From assembly GCA_964270895.1 (NCBI GenBank), contig OZ185435.1: a stretch of DNA of 64,000 nucleotides; one strand, 5' to 3'. Under the pieces are notes generated by a model. It did not search any database and had not been told where the DNA came from. It saw only the letters and a list, made by a program, of their open reading frames with translations. Position numbers and translations under genes: made by a program. The stretch is from Podarcis filfolensis (Eukaryota). Positions 11,063 to 22,933 of this stretch are shown here, piece after piece; position 1 is the first letter of the stretch, and each line of letters begins with the position of its first letter.

Positions 11063-11196
11063 GGGATAGCTCAGTTGATGGAGCATGAGACTCTTAATCT
11101 CAGGGTTATGGGTTTCAGCAAAAATATTCCTGCATTGCAGGGGTTGGACTAGATGACCCTCGTGGTCTCTTCCAACTCTACATTTCCATGATTCTA
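11063..11196 (+). mobile_element. tRNA-Lys-derived SINE with CR1-type tail
   Basis: Head tagctcagtt..gagcatgagactcttaatctcagggt resembles tRNA-Lys(CUU). Tail ggactagatgaccct..ttccaactcta..atgattcta. Confidence 0.85.
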
Positions 11197-12867
11197 TAAC
11201 TGTTCAGAAACTGCAGGCATGGGGGAAGTAGTCCACAGTTTCACTCTCACATTGGATTGCTTGGCCTGCCCACTGGATTACTGCTAATCCATGAGAATGA
11301 AATGTGCTAATGCACACGGTTTTTCTTCCATACATATTTGCATTCTTCAAGTGGGACTTTCAAAACCAGATAGTGCACTAGGTGAGGGAGAAAGCGGGTT
11401 GCATGCAAAACCCATTCACACATGCCGTTATTCAGTGTTGAGAAAGTCTAGTGCACCCATACCTGGAAAGCATAATGTGTGAACTGATTGCAGCTGGTGC
11501 ATTTTTCCGTTGAGTTTGCACTTCAAAAGTCATTTAGAGTGAATGATGCTGACAGGGTTTAAAGAACTCAAACATGCCTTTAAGTCAAGGCATCCTGTGC
11601 TTACATAACAACTGAAATATGCCAATCACAAAAGTGGGGTGATTTTAGATTTCACACACACACTTAGACATGCACACAGCTGTATTCTCCCCACTCCTCC
11701 ATCCCTTTTGAAGAGATTCTCGCTGCATTCTCTCTCTCCCCCCACCCCGCCCCTGCCTTCATTCTTTTTGAACAGATATAACCATTCCTGTCCCCATCTG
11801 AGTTAAATACCAGGGTATCCTTTTCGGCAGGCATCTAAGCTAAATCTAATCAAGCTGTGTCACAATTCTGTCAAGGCAGGTTGCTCTCTTTTTGGCCTTG
11901 AATAATTGGAAGAATGTTGGCACTTGTGCCTGGGCCATGAGAACGTGACCCGGGTTGATATTTAATCTATTCCAGTGCTAGGCTGCACAAGGTCTGGAGC
12001 CAAAGTCAGGCCTCAGGAACAGTGTGTTAGACATCAGCAGCACTCATTTTACCTTGAAATAGATTCCATTTGATGCATCATTACACTGCTCCAGGAGAAT
12101 GCTTTAATGAGACGGATACATACACTGGAAAGGATTAAATTGTTGTCCTTTAAACTTTTTGCTTTGCTAGCCTAATCGTTACAAGGTGTTGGGAAATACC
12201 TGGAGAAGGCAAAAGGTTAGGGAGTCAATCAAAAATCTCTAAAACCAAAAGTTCTGTAATTTGGGTGTTTTCCGAGGACTCACAGAAAAGGAAAGTATTT
12301 CTTCTGTGCTTAATTCATTCTCTCTCTCTCTCTCTCTCTCCTTTATAAAATACATACTGTGTGTGAGCTCCATTCTGGACAAATCAAAACAGCTATCATT
12401 AAGCATATGCAAGCTGATAAAGCAAAAACACCTGACTTTTGTCAAATCATGACTTGGATTTCATCCCCACCCATCCCAAAGGCTAAAACATAAAATGATA
12501 TCCATGGACCAAAACCAGACATACTCGTTGAACACCCACCTAGTTTCCCAGGGGATGCTCGCTTTCTGAATTTGCAAGTTTTGCAGTGGGGAAGGCTCCC
12601 ACTCTAACTGGTTTTGTGCGCTGACTACAAGAGATCTTGAAATATTATGTGTCAGCACTCAGTGTGATCTACAGCTCAATTAAATTAGGAATCCTTGTAT
12701 TTTAGAGAGCCAAGACAAAGTCCTACACAGAGTAGAAGACTCATTAGAATTAATAAACCTCAGTTAGTCATGTCTATTAACTTTGAGGTTTTCTTAGTAT
12801 ATAAATATTGCAAAAAAAAACAAAACCGTCAATGGGTCTGCTGCAAATAAGACTAGCAATGAATATC

Positions 12868-12972
12868 GCCCTAGGTCCCAGGTAGGTCTGGGAGAGACTC
12901 CTGCCTGAACCCCTGGAAAGTGCTGCCAGTCAGTGTTGACAATACTAAACTAGATAGTAGAGGGCAGCTTCC

Positions 12973-13010
<38 letters not shown>
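12868..13010 (+). mobile_element. 5'-truncated tRNA-Ala-type (Squam3-like) SINE ending in (ATT)n
   Basis: Body gggagagactcctgcctgaa..gctgccagtcagtgt.gacaatact, followed by about 12 ATT repeats. Confidence 0.75.
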
Positions 13011-13011
<1 letters not shown>

Positions 13012-15845
13012 GTTCATTGATTGTGGAGACTTAACCCTGGTGTCTTTCTCAACAGGTTGGGAAATAGCCACATGTATTCAGATGAATGCATTTTTTGTAT
13101 CATGGCATGAAAACATGCTTCCATTTTGTTCTTTCATGGCTTATATAAGCCTTTCTAACCCTTCAGGAAAAAGGAAATGCCATACTGTTCTATCGGTTAT
13201 TCCTGCTGAGTAATCTGAAGTCCCAGCATGTGTGGGTTGTTTCATTCACTGCTCCATGCAGATTTCAAGGTAATAAGGATCCTGCTGGGGGGGGGGGAGC
13301 TGGAGAGGGGGGGAGGACGACAATAATCAGAGATTGTTCTCCTGCCTACCCATTCCCCAACCCCCCACAGAAGAAATTATAACTTTCTTTTTGGATATTA
13401 TCAAGGGAATCTCCTTGAATGTTTGGTTGATCAAGTTTTTAAAGGTAGTTGGTTTTTTTAAGACTACGAAGAGATTCAAAGCTACGTATTTGATTTCAAC
13501 TCTTTTAGCATTTCATTATGTATATGAACATAAGCTGTGTACCCATTGCCAGAAGAAAACGCTGCTAGGTCATTCTTTTCCTCAATTCAGCTGGTTTGAG
13601 GGGAAATGGATCACAAGAAATGGCAGGATAGAGGCAGGATACAGCACTTCCCAAACCAGCGGTGGGTGGGAGCACACTGGAAGCAGAGTAAATGCGGGTA
13701 TATGGCCTGTATGGATAATTGACATTAATGAATTAATCCACTAATTCGTAATCATTTCAGCATCCTGACTTCCCAGAGTCTCTTCAGCTGCTCAAGCAGC
13801 ATCCAAACTGCACCCAGATGAAGACTGCATGACAAAAATGAAAAGTCTTATGGTTCTGACTGTCATGTGCGATGTGATGAGCACAAAGCCCCAGGGTCTC
13901 TGATTCTGGGAGCAGTTTTCAAACAGGCAACCCTAGGGCTAGTGTTCCTGACCATCTCTGCGGACGGTTTGCCAGGCCAGGGCCAGACATGAGTCACTCC
14001 TGAAGCCCAAGCCAAACGGCGTGTTGTCTAACACTGGATTCCTGAGGATAATAGTTGGAGCGGGAACCTAAAATGCAGTAGGCAAAAAGTAGGTGGAAGT
14101 GAAAGGAGCAGCAGGAAATGATGCGGACTTGGTGAGGGGGATGGGATGCAGCTGTCATTCAAAAAATGTTGAGCTTATTATATAAAGAAAAGCGGGCTCT
14201 ATATTTCTAAATTAAATACTGCAGGTGTGTCTGCCATGGCATTCGTTGATATTTAACTGGAAACTTTATTGATAGTTTTTACCGATGCATTTCTTTGTAT
14301 TTTTTGTTTTAAATGTTGTATATACGTTTTCATTTTTATTGATGATCTTACTGCATTTTATGTCAACTGCTTAGGGATTCTGCATATTAAGGGATGTATA
14401 AATATTTTCAAAATATATTTTTATTAAAGATTTCTTGGTTCACAAAGGATGCGCAATGTCTCTTTTTTCAAGTTACATTTTATACAGACCAGTTTCATGC
14501 ATAAATATGTTTTTTATGGTGGTGGCGGCGATTATGATGTGCAGGGTGCCAAAGGGCCCTTTGTCTTTCCTCTTCACATCAACTCTTTAACCATGGACCC
14601 GGTTTTAAAAAAATAAAATGCAAATGGGCTGCTTGAGCCCAGCTGATTTACAGTGCCAAGAGCTGTTGCCACATTGAAAGGACACGCCATAAGAAAGCAC
14701 TTACTTTTGTCTCCTCTGCATCGGCTACAGGCTGCTGCCCTTGTGGAATTTGTCACCACCGTTAAGGATGACCCTTAGCTTGTTTCATGCCTGAGTGATA
14801 GTTCATTTGCTCTTAATCTTTAATAACAAGGTGACCATTGTATCCCATGCATCCAGAGCATCCCAATCTGAGCAAAGGCCATTTCCGCATTAAATGAAGG
14901 ATCATCATGATAAGTAGGACTCCCTGCACCATATTTCACCACTCCTGTATTATCACCCTGATCAGGTTCTCCGCACTGTAGCACCCTTTAGTCAAGCCCA
15001 AATGCCTTTCCTTCCATTTTCTACTGACCCATTCTGGAGATCTGAACAATAGCAGAATAGAAGCTTTGTTATGGAGCGGAGTCCTGAGAGATTAATCAGG
15101 TACATTACTGATTAACCCTGCCGGCTTTGGAATGTCAAATACTTCCTTTCTTTTAACTCTACAGCATGGGAGGAACAAAGTGTTCGTCCCAGATGAACTC
15201 CCCCAAACAAATTTCCACTTAGGTTGTTACTGAAGACCAACACCTGTTTTCAAGTCAATTCCTGGGCTCATTCACTCTCTCCATCTAGATTTGTTCTTGT
15301 GGATTTATTTATTTATGATTTTAGTCTGCATAGAAGCTAGAGCACTGCTTGCATGTAAATACTCCCCCCCCCCCTTTTGAATGTTGGTCTTGCTAGCAAA
15401 AATTCATTTTTGGTGCCTCTGTAAAACAACCTCTCTAGGCCTTTCATTTTAGACCAGGAAGAAAAACGTTCACCCCTGGAGGTTTATCAGATTGTTGTCA
15501 ATAGATGTGCTCTGAATGCATTGGCAAAATTAGCACCCCAAAACAGGTGAAAAACTTGTTTTGCAAAGGCAGCACCCAAAAACAGAATGAAATGCTTCAT
15601 GCGATCAGGATGGGGGGGTGGAGGAGCTGCAAACCCAACTACAGGCTGATCCACCAATGAATTAAAGCAGAATTCTTGGGTTTTAAATTGGTGTACAGCT
15701 TGATCCTTAAAATATGTCTGACACAGCTGTCGTGGCATTTTGTACAAGACAGGTCTACTTTTATATGCTGTACATCATTTGCAATCCCATTATCACTCCC
15801 TTTAAGAGCAAACTCCGGTGGTGAGTGCCAACAGGAATGGAAGCT

Positions 15846-15991
15846 GGGATAGCTCAGCTGGGAGAGCACGAGACTGTTAATCTCAGGCTGGTGGGTTTGA
15901 GCCTCACACTGGGCAAAAGAATCCTGCATTGCAGGGGGCTGCGCTTGATGACCCTCCTTAGTCCTTCCAGCTCCATGATTCTATGATTCTA
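15846..15991 (+). mobile_element. tRNA-Lys-derived SINE with CR1-type tail
   Basis: Same head and tail as 11063-11196; ends in (ATGATTCT)2. Confidence 0.85.
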
Positions 15992-16571
15992 AGGAGATCA
16001 TGGCCACTGAGAAACAAGAGGGAGGAATCAGCATGCTCAGAGAATCCTGAATTTTGCAGAAGTATTAATTTAAAATAATAATAATAATAATAGCCTGGCT
16101 ACAATATTTGGTTGCAACAATTTACTATTAATTATGGTGCATGTAGGTTGACTTTGCATGTTCTTTCCTTCCTGTGGTGTCATTGCGCACTCACTCAACA
16201 GGAGATGTTCTACTCATGCATTGTAAAGGTGGACATACCAGACCCTGAAAAGAATGATCAGAGCCTGCCAGATCATCAGTACAAAGAACCTGGAAGGTGG
16301 AAATCTGGGTGGGTGTCATGGCTACCTGAACAGAATGTTTATACACAATCCTGAGATCTGCCCATTGGACAGGTCTCCTCCCATGCTCTGCTGTTGCCCA
16401 TTTCTGTGCTGTGTTTGCCTTTGACCCTTTCCGCCATGATGTTTTTGCAGTGATGCCCATCTGTCCTGGACAGAGGCACTCATGAGATGGCCATTATTAT
16501 TGGGCTTCATCAGGACAACTTGCTTAGTGATTAACTCAGAGGTTTAATCCCATAAATGGCGTAGATGCATG

Positions 16572-16706
16572 CAGTGGCATAGCATGGGGGGTGCAGGGTT
16601 AGGGGGCAACATCTGGGGGTTAGGGTTAGGGGGCGCAAATCCACGGGTTAGGGGGCGCAAATTACTTGCCTTACCCCGGGTGCTGACAACCCACGCTACG
16701 CCACTG
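16572..16706. mobile_element. hAT-type MITE with TTAGGG motifs (copy 2, inverted relative to copy 1)
   Basis: Same TIR family, perfect 8-bp TSD GATGCATG. Confidence 0.92.
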
Positions 16707-17164
16707 GATGCATGCTTTCTTTGCTGCTGGTTGTTGTCTTGCATATCGTGTCCATAGCTAAAAGGAGCGTATGTGAACACCCAGCAACATCTTGGCATTT
16801 TTGTGCTGGAGGAAATTGATATTACATGCCAGATTCTTTCCAACGTCCGTCTACCGGAAGAATCGCACTGTTTCGACGGAACTAGCTTGCAACACTTTCT
16901 AACTCTTACATACAGCTGACAGGAACTACCGAGGGTAGTATTCTTGTTTCCTGATAATCTGAAGGATCATTTTATCTGCAATTCATCTTGAAGGATTTAG
17001 ATAAATTGCAGGGAAATTTGTACTGGAAGTAAGCACAACAGCATAATGCCCTTAAGTACAAGCTCACTGACTGAGCCATTAATGGGTTGCTTTTCTTTGA
17101 TCATGAGTAAATCTTGAATACACGCATAAACCATTATTTTACAATGGAACGTAAACATCAGATT

Positions 17165-17255
17165 AAGGCTGCAATTCTATACCCATTTACTTGAAAGTAA
17201 TTCCCATTGCACTCAACGGAACTTACATCTGAGTAGATATGTATAGACTTGTGTT
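17165..17255. mobile_element. Short palindromic MITE family (ggctgcaatcct...aggattgcagcc-like), possibly PIF/Harbinger
   Basis: Degenerate relatives at about 25440-25555, 29749-29845, 55880-55962 and 58830-58880, some with TAA/TTA flanks. Confidence 0.5.
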
Positions 17256-17487
17256 ATAAATTATTTTTCTGTCACGGTCTAAATACCTGCATTTAATTTT
17301 TACAATATAAACAGAAAAATGTGTGCTGTTGCATTAAAAAGTTACATTTTTAAAAGGGGGGGGATGTTTCAAAGATATGAAATCACATTCTTCTGGTTTA
17401 CTGTTCAGTTTCAGACTCCATATAGATAACTTATTTTCCTACAACTGCCACAGTGTTGTTTTGCCCCAAGATATTATTCAGAATTCT

Positions 17488-17560
17488 TTCCAGTAGCACC
17501 TTAGAGACCAACTAAGTTTGTTATTGGTATGAGCTTTCGTGTGCATGCACACTTCTTCAC
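17488..17560 (-). mobile_element. Penelope-like short insertion with truncated hammerhead motif
   Basis: ccagtagcaccttagagaccaactaagtttg..gctttcgtgtgcatgcacacttcttca, flanked by the 12-bp duplication ATTCAGAATTCT (17476-17487, 17561-17572). Confidence 0.75.
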
Positions 17561-18158
17561 ATTCAGAATTCTGCATTTTATCTGTAACCCCCCTCCCACA
17601 CCCCATTTGCATTAATAGAATACAGTTTACAGTACTAACTGTGGGGAAACAATTAAATTAGCCCGAGGACTGGCCAGTTTTAAGTAAATTGGGCAGGCAA
17701 GATCAGCCCATTGTGTTTGTAAGACTTCAAACACACACCAGAATCTTTCCCCTTCCCACTCCCCAATTATTTTTGCATAATCCAGAGGAATGTAACAAAC
17801 AAAAGCCCTCTCAGAAGTCAGATAGCTTTCAATTTGAGTTGTAGGTAATCAGTGAAAGAGAGAGAATCCTGGAGAGAAGGTAATTTGTCTTGAGCTGGCA
17901 GTTGGAGATGGATGTGCTCTGGGGGTTATCTGTAGTGTCAGCTCAGCCAGAGATGGACTGAACTCCATGACTCTTCCCTGAAATCTGAATCAATGGGTAT
18001 TTGTAGCGTCCATCTCTACCTAGTGTGTCTGTATCAAATATCGTCTCGATGCTATTGAACTCAATAACTTAAGTGTGTTCGCCCATCGCATTTTTGCATA
18101 TCTGTTTCATTTAGCATAGATAATTGTCAAAATATAGAAAAAAATAAAAATAAATTGT

Positions 18159-18231
18159 CCAGTAGCACCTTAGAGACCAACTAAGTTTGTTCTTGGTATA
18201 AGCTTTCGTGTGCATGCTCACTTCTTCAGAT
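18159..18231 (-). mobile_element. Penelope-like short insertion (second copy)
   Basis: Near-identical to 17488-17560, flanked by AATTGT (18153-18158, 18232-18237). Confidence 0.75.
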
Positions 18232-18232
18232 A
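18195..18232 (-). ncRNA. Minimal type I hammerhead ribozyme motif
   Basis: Minus strand TAT-CTGAAGA-A-GTGAG-CATG-CACAC-GAAA-GCTT-ATA. It has the CUGANGA and GAAA core, helix II, palindromic AGCT at helix III, and a short helix I. Confidence 0.7.
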
Positions 18233-19430
18233 ATTGTATTAGGGTTCAGAGATTGCAGATACCCATAGACAGATGGGTATTATTATTTTTTTACTGGACC
18301 AAAATAAATGCAATTTTCTGAAGTTCACGGAACTATTCATCTGATTTCTGCATAAATAGCTTCGTTAAAACACACATACTGTAGTTCAGTTCTCCCTGAG
18401 GCATATATGTATGTATCTATTGCATTAAATGCTGATGTGCATTTAATGTTGTATGTAATTTGGCATCAATGGAAGCTTTCCAACTGAGGGTGGGCTAACA
18501 TTAACTTGCGGGTGGGGGGGAGTTTTGGTACACAAAGAAGGAGTCAACTCTCCCTCCCATTGTTCTTATCCTGCTAAGGGGCCTCAGCCAATGATATTTG
18601 AAGAACTGAGGGGGGGGGGTCCATGTTAAAGGATTAAATGTCACATGTAGTTTGGTCCTTTGAAACCAATTTTTTCCTTCGGTTTGATTTCCTGTCCCAG
18701 GCCAGTTGCATTTTTTTTTTGCTCCCAGTCTTTGCTGGATTGGAACAACTGGTGTTGATGATCAATAAACCTACTTGTGGGTTGTGTTGCATATAGATAT
18801 AAAGTTGGTTTAAAATTGTTAACGTGCTCAAATGCATGCTCTGGTGAAGTAGAGCATGAGATACAAACAAGTCTAAGCTACCTAGTAAAAAAGTCCCAGT
18901 TTAAATGACTGGGAGTTAATTCTTTAAATGGAAGAAAAATAAATTGTTACCTTAAGTAGACAGGTGGGACCTGCAACAAAATATTGCAGGAAGAAGTCCT
19001 CCAGCCCTGTGTTCAGCCAGCCATGCCTTCCTCCGTGACATTCCATTCCATTACCCCACCACACAATCCATTTTTTTCTCTTCCAACAGTCAGGCTATCC
19101 TCTGAGCATCAGTCCTTACTGAGCTATTTTGAGTGTTTTCGCCAAAAGTGTTTTTTTTGTTTTGTTTTGTTTTTTAGTGGGGAGACTTCTGCAAAGATTG
19201 GAATTCCCTTAAGGCTACAGATACTTCCTTCTTTTGTATAAATATTGCTGTTTTGGCAACATAAGGACTTACCCACACCTCAAGCAGTGTGTGCTTTCAA
19301 AAATAGCATAAAATGGAAATGTGGGTGCCCTAGAGTCATGTCAGATGGCTTGTTTGAATGCATGACAGTATCCAAAATGGCATCCCTTGTCATAGAACTG
19401 TACAGTTGGAATTCCAAGGACCATCTAGTC

Positions 19431-19679
19431 CAGGGGTCAGCAGACATTTTCAGCAGGGGGCTGGTCCACTGTCCCTCAGACCTTGTGGGGGCCGAGCTAT
19501 ATTTGGGGGGGGGGAATGAACAAATTCCTATACCCCACAAATAACCCAGAGGTGCATTTTAAATAAAAGGACACATTCTACTCATGTGAAAACATGCTGA
19601 TTCCCTGACTGTCCGCAGGCCGGATTTAGAAGGCGATTAGGCTGGATCTGGCCCCCGGGCCTTAGTTTGCCTACCCATG
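19431..19679. mobile_element. hAT/Charlie-type MITE (copy 2) nested in a CR1/SINE tail
   Basis: Ends caggggtcagca and ctacccatg, perfect TSD ATCTAGTC. It interrupts catagaa..gttggaa..ccatctagtccaacccc (about 19390-19697). Confidence 0.9.
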
Positions 19680-20617
19680 ATCTAGTCCAACCCCTTACAA
19701 GGCAGGAGTCAAAACTACAGAATGGCCATTAAGCACCAAGATATGTTTTATATGAATAAGGATCTGGGTATGTTCACCACATTAAGTCTTGGGCCATCAT
19801 GAATTACACTCACACACCTATAGGGGAGTGTCCGCTACAAAATTACATAAAGTCAGATCCAGCCAAATGCTTGTAGTGAAATAAATAGGGATTTGGGGGT
19901 TACACCCAAAATCAAATCTAGGAGAGCATCCTCTTCAAAATGGCATAGAATCCTGTCCAGACCAATGCTTTCAAATTTACATTGTCACAATAAAAAGAGG
20001 AGAGCTTCTTTTGGGAACAGGAAAATTTGTTCCCCTTTTTTGAAGGAAAAAAACCCCAGTGGTAGCTGATTTGATGCTTTAGGCAATAATTTCTTCTTTA
20101 TCTTTGAAATAATGCACAAACAGCCATAAGAGTTATGGGGAAGGGCAGGAGCTGGAAAGGAGCACTTAAATAGTAGAGTGAAATCCACTGCAAATTCATC
20201 ACAGGAAAGGAAGTGGGGCGGGCGGAATGGCAGATAATGAAATGTGGCCTTTTAGCTACAGGCTGTTTGCCAAGGAGACTAGTGTTTTCTGAGCAGAAGG
20301 TGACCCACTTACCTGACCGGATGGGTCTGAAATGTACAGAGAGGCCCAGGGTGCACACATCTGAAGTGTTCGGTGGCATGAACAGCTGTTCCAGAATCTC
20401 ATCCAGCCTGCTGCACTTTCCCCAAATATCAGTGTTTTCCTGGTGAGTTGTCAGTGATGACTTTTTCTGTTCCCAGAGGCTTAGCCCTGTCAGTCTTTCG
20501 CAGCGAACAACAGCAAAGGGCCTCGTAGCATTCACACATTTATTTGTATTATGGCATAAATTTTCATAGACTACAATCCATCTCATCAGATGCATGAAAC
20601 ATTATCCTGAGCTAGAG

Positions 20618-20620
<3 letters not shown>

Positions 20621-20659
<39 letters not shown>
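20621..20659. repeat. (GT)n microsatellite
   Basis: About 20 perfect units. Confidence 0.98.
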
Positions 20660-20661
<2 letters not shown>

Positions 20662-22062
20662 ACCCTTGGTGTTTTGTTTGGTTTTTTGGTTTGAGGGGAG
20701 AGGATTGCAAAAGGTGAGGTCAGAAGGAAATGAAATTGTGGACCTCACATGCGCATTCTTAACACGTCCTTTTCTCAGGCAGCCCAGGAGGCTCACAATA
20801 TTAGAATTTACAGCATTGCACTGCCTTTGCATTTCCCTCTGCCCAGCTTGGACTGTACTCTGTTCCAGTACAGCTGCCTGCAAACACTCCCATTGTCACC
20901 ATATTCTTCAAACAACAAATAGACACCAGGTGATTAAGCTCTGCAAACAAACAGGGCTTTCCCAGCAACAAATCAACACCTCTCCGTGTCTGGTATTTGT
21001 GGAATTTGATAAGCCACCCACTCTGCCCCCCCTCCCCATTCTTGTTATGTCTCAGTCCTCAGACTTCTTCATCTTTTATCCTCTCCTTCACCCTGTTTCC
21101 AAAGGAAGGCATTCATAGTTAATTAACTGCTGAAATAGTGCAAGGAGCTGGGAGATCTTTTTTTTTTAAGGGAGGGGGGAGAAGGAACAAGGAACAACGG
21201 AGTGGTGGGGAATGAAGCTTTACTTCTGAGTTTGAAAGCATTTGAAAGCTCTTGAAGCTCAAAAACAAAGCACAACACCCAGAAGTGGCCACAGAAAACA
21301 TCAAAAAGGTAAACAAAGAAAGAAAAGAGAGTGGGGAAAATCACCACCCAACTTCTCCTTCATGCTTTCCAGAGATCTGTGTTCTTGATCAATTAAATGA
21401 GAGCGCCAAAGTTGTGCCATTTCTAATGTCTTTTAAAAAACAACAACCTGTATACTATGTTTTGGGGGTTTTTTGTCCTGTGCAATGAGATCACAGGGCT
21501 CAGTTATATGCTGTTAAATTCCTACTTGAAATATCTTTCTGTTTAAAAATTGCTCTAAACTGATGTGCATATATATATTTTTTTCCTTCCACTTCTTCTG
21601 CAAAGGGCACAAGTTGCATGCCTACACACACACACATTTTGTTCTCACAATTACCCTGTAGGGTAGTTGAGGCGAGAAGTGGGCAGATTTTTGCTTGTTG
21701 ATCCTGAGTTTCTATAGACTGGATGATACGTGCTCCATCACATGGAAAGAGAACACAGCTCCTACAGAGATGGGACACTGGGGAACCTGAAGCTGACTAG
21801 ACTCAAGGCAAAGTCTGGTAAAGCCCTGTGGGTTTCACCTTAGCAATGAGCCCACCAATTTTCCCATTATGTCTTTGGGTAGGGATATCCAATATGAAAT
21901 GTGCACGACTCTTCTCAACTACAACTGGTGTTTTCCATGCGTGGTTTTGCACATGCCCCCTTTAAATGCTCATAAGCATCAACCTGGTCAGTGTCTGCGT
22001 GGAAGACCTCCTGGGAATCCTGTATCTGCAGCCTTGCATTTCAGGGTGAACAAAAGCTGGGA

Positions 22063-22279
22063 TATAAATGTAGCCATGGTCAACACACCCATAAAGCAAG
22101 GTTAGGCAACCACCTCAGGTGGCAGGGGCCACAGGGGACAGCAGATCCTGCCTCCAATCAATGTGTCACCTGCTGCTGCTGCTGCTGCCGCCATGGTGGC
22201 AGAAACAGCTGTGGCGTATCCTTTGGAGGCCAGATCCAAAGCCTGCCTTCAGGGAACCTACTGTGAACTGAATGTGAGT
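22063..22279 (+). promoter_or_regulatory. TATA box, (CTG)n, perfect Kozak ATG and splice donor; candidate first exon, possibly inside an LTR-like repeat
   Basis: TATAAA at 22063, GCCGCCATGG at 22187-22196, 27 open codons (MVAETAVAYPLEARSKACLQGTYCELN), then |gtgagt at 22274. Confidence 0.3.
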
Positions 22280-22449
22280 AAACTTCTTATTACTTTTAAT
22301 AGAAGACTGCTGTGTCTTTATTATTTTTAAGAGGGAACAAGGGATTTACCAGGAACAAACCCAATATGCACAAGCCAGATTGGATTGCTTAACTCAAGAG
22401 ATTCAAACAAATCTACCAACTAGCTTCCTGCAATATACAGGGGAATGTA

Positions 22450-22675
22450 CAGTGGTACCTCGGGTTACAGACGCTTCAGGTTACAGACTCCGCTAACCCA
22501 GAAATAGTACCTCGGGTTAAGAACTTTGCTTCAGGATGAGAACAGAAATTGCGCAGCGGCGGCATGGTGCCAACGGGAGGCCCCATTAGCTAAAGTGGTA
22601 CCTCAGGTTAAGAACAGTTTCAGGTTAAGAATGGACCTTCAAAACGAATTAAGTTCTTAACCTGACGTACCACTG
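22450..22675. mobile_element. Tigger/pogo-type MITE, family A
   Basis: TIR CAGTGGTACCTCGGGTT, TA flanks. Confidence 0.9.
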
Positions 22676-22823
22676 TACTCTGCTACCAGCTCACTAGCAT
22701 GAGTGAGGAAGGATAATATTTAATCAATATATCCTCTCCTACTATCCACAACATTCCCACACAGGCCTCTCTCTCAAGCTCTTTGGACTCTCTCTAGGCC
22801 CTCCCTGAATTCTTTGACAGCCT

Positions 22824-22933
22824 GGATAGCTCAGTTGCTTAGAGCATAGTGCTGATAATGACAAGGTTGCAGGTTCAATCCCCGTTGGACTAGATGATCC
22901 TCAGAGTCCCTTCCAGCTCTACAATTCTATGAT
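22824..22933 (+). mobile_element. tRNA-Ile-derived SINE with CR1-type tail
   Basis: Head tagctcagttgcttagagcatagtgctgataatgacaaggttgcaggttcaatccccgt resembles tRNA-Ile(AAU). Same tail as the Lys SINEs. Confidence 0.78.

Noticed and set aside
12920-13213. ORFs with poly-Ile, or with VC, HT, ER or SL dipeptide runs (also 20594, 20602, 35780, 35824)
   Set aside because: Translations of microsatellites.
13865-13915. C-box (GTGATGA) and D-box (CTGA) pair
   Set aside because: Only about 19 nt apart with no terminal stem; too short for a C/D snoRNA. Other TGATGA hits lacked D boxes.
16112-16950. Several 60-100 aa ORFs around the second hAT MITE
   Set aside because: Removing the MITE in silico does not restore a long frame, and there is no recognisable protein.
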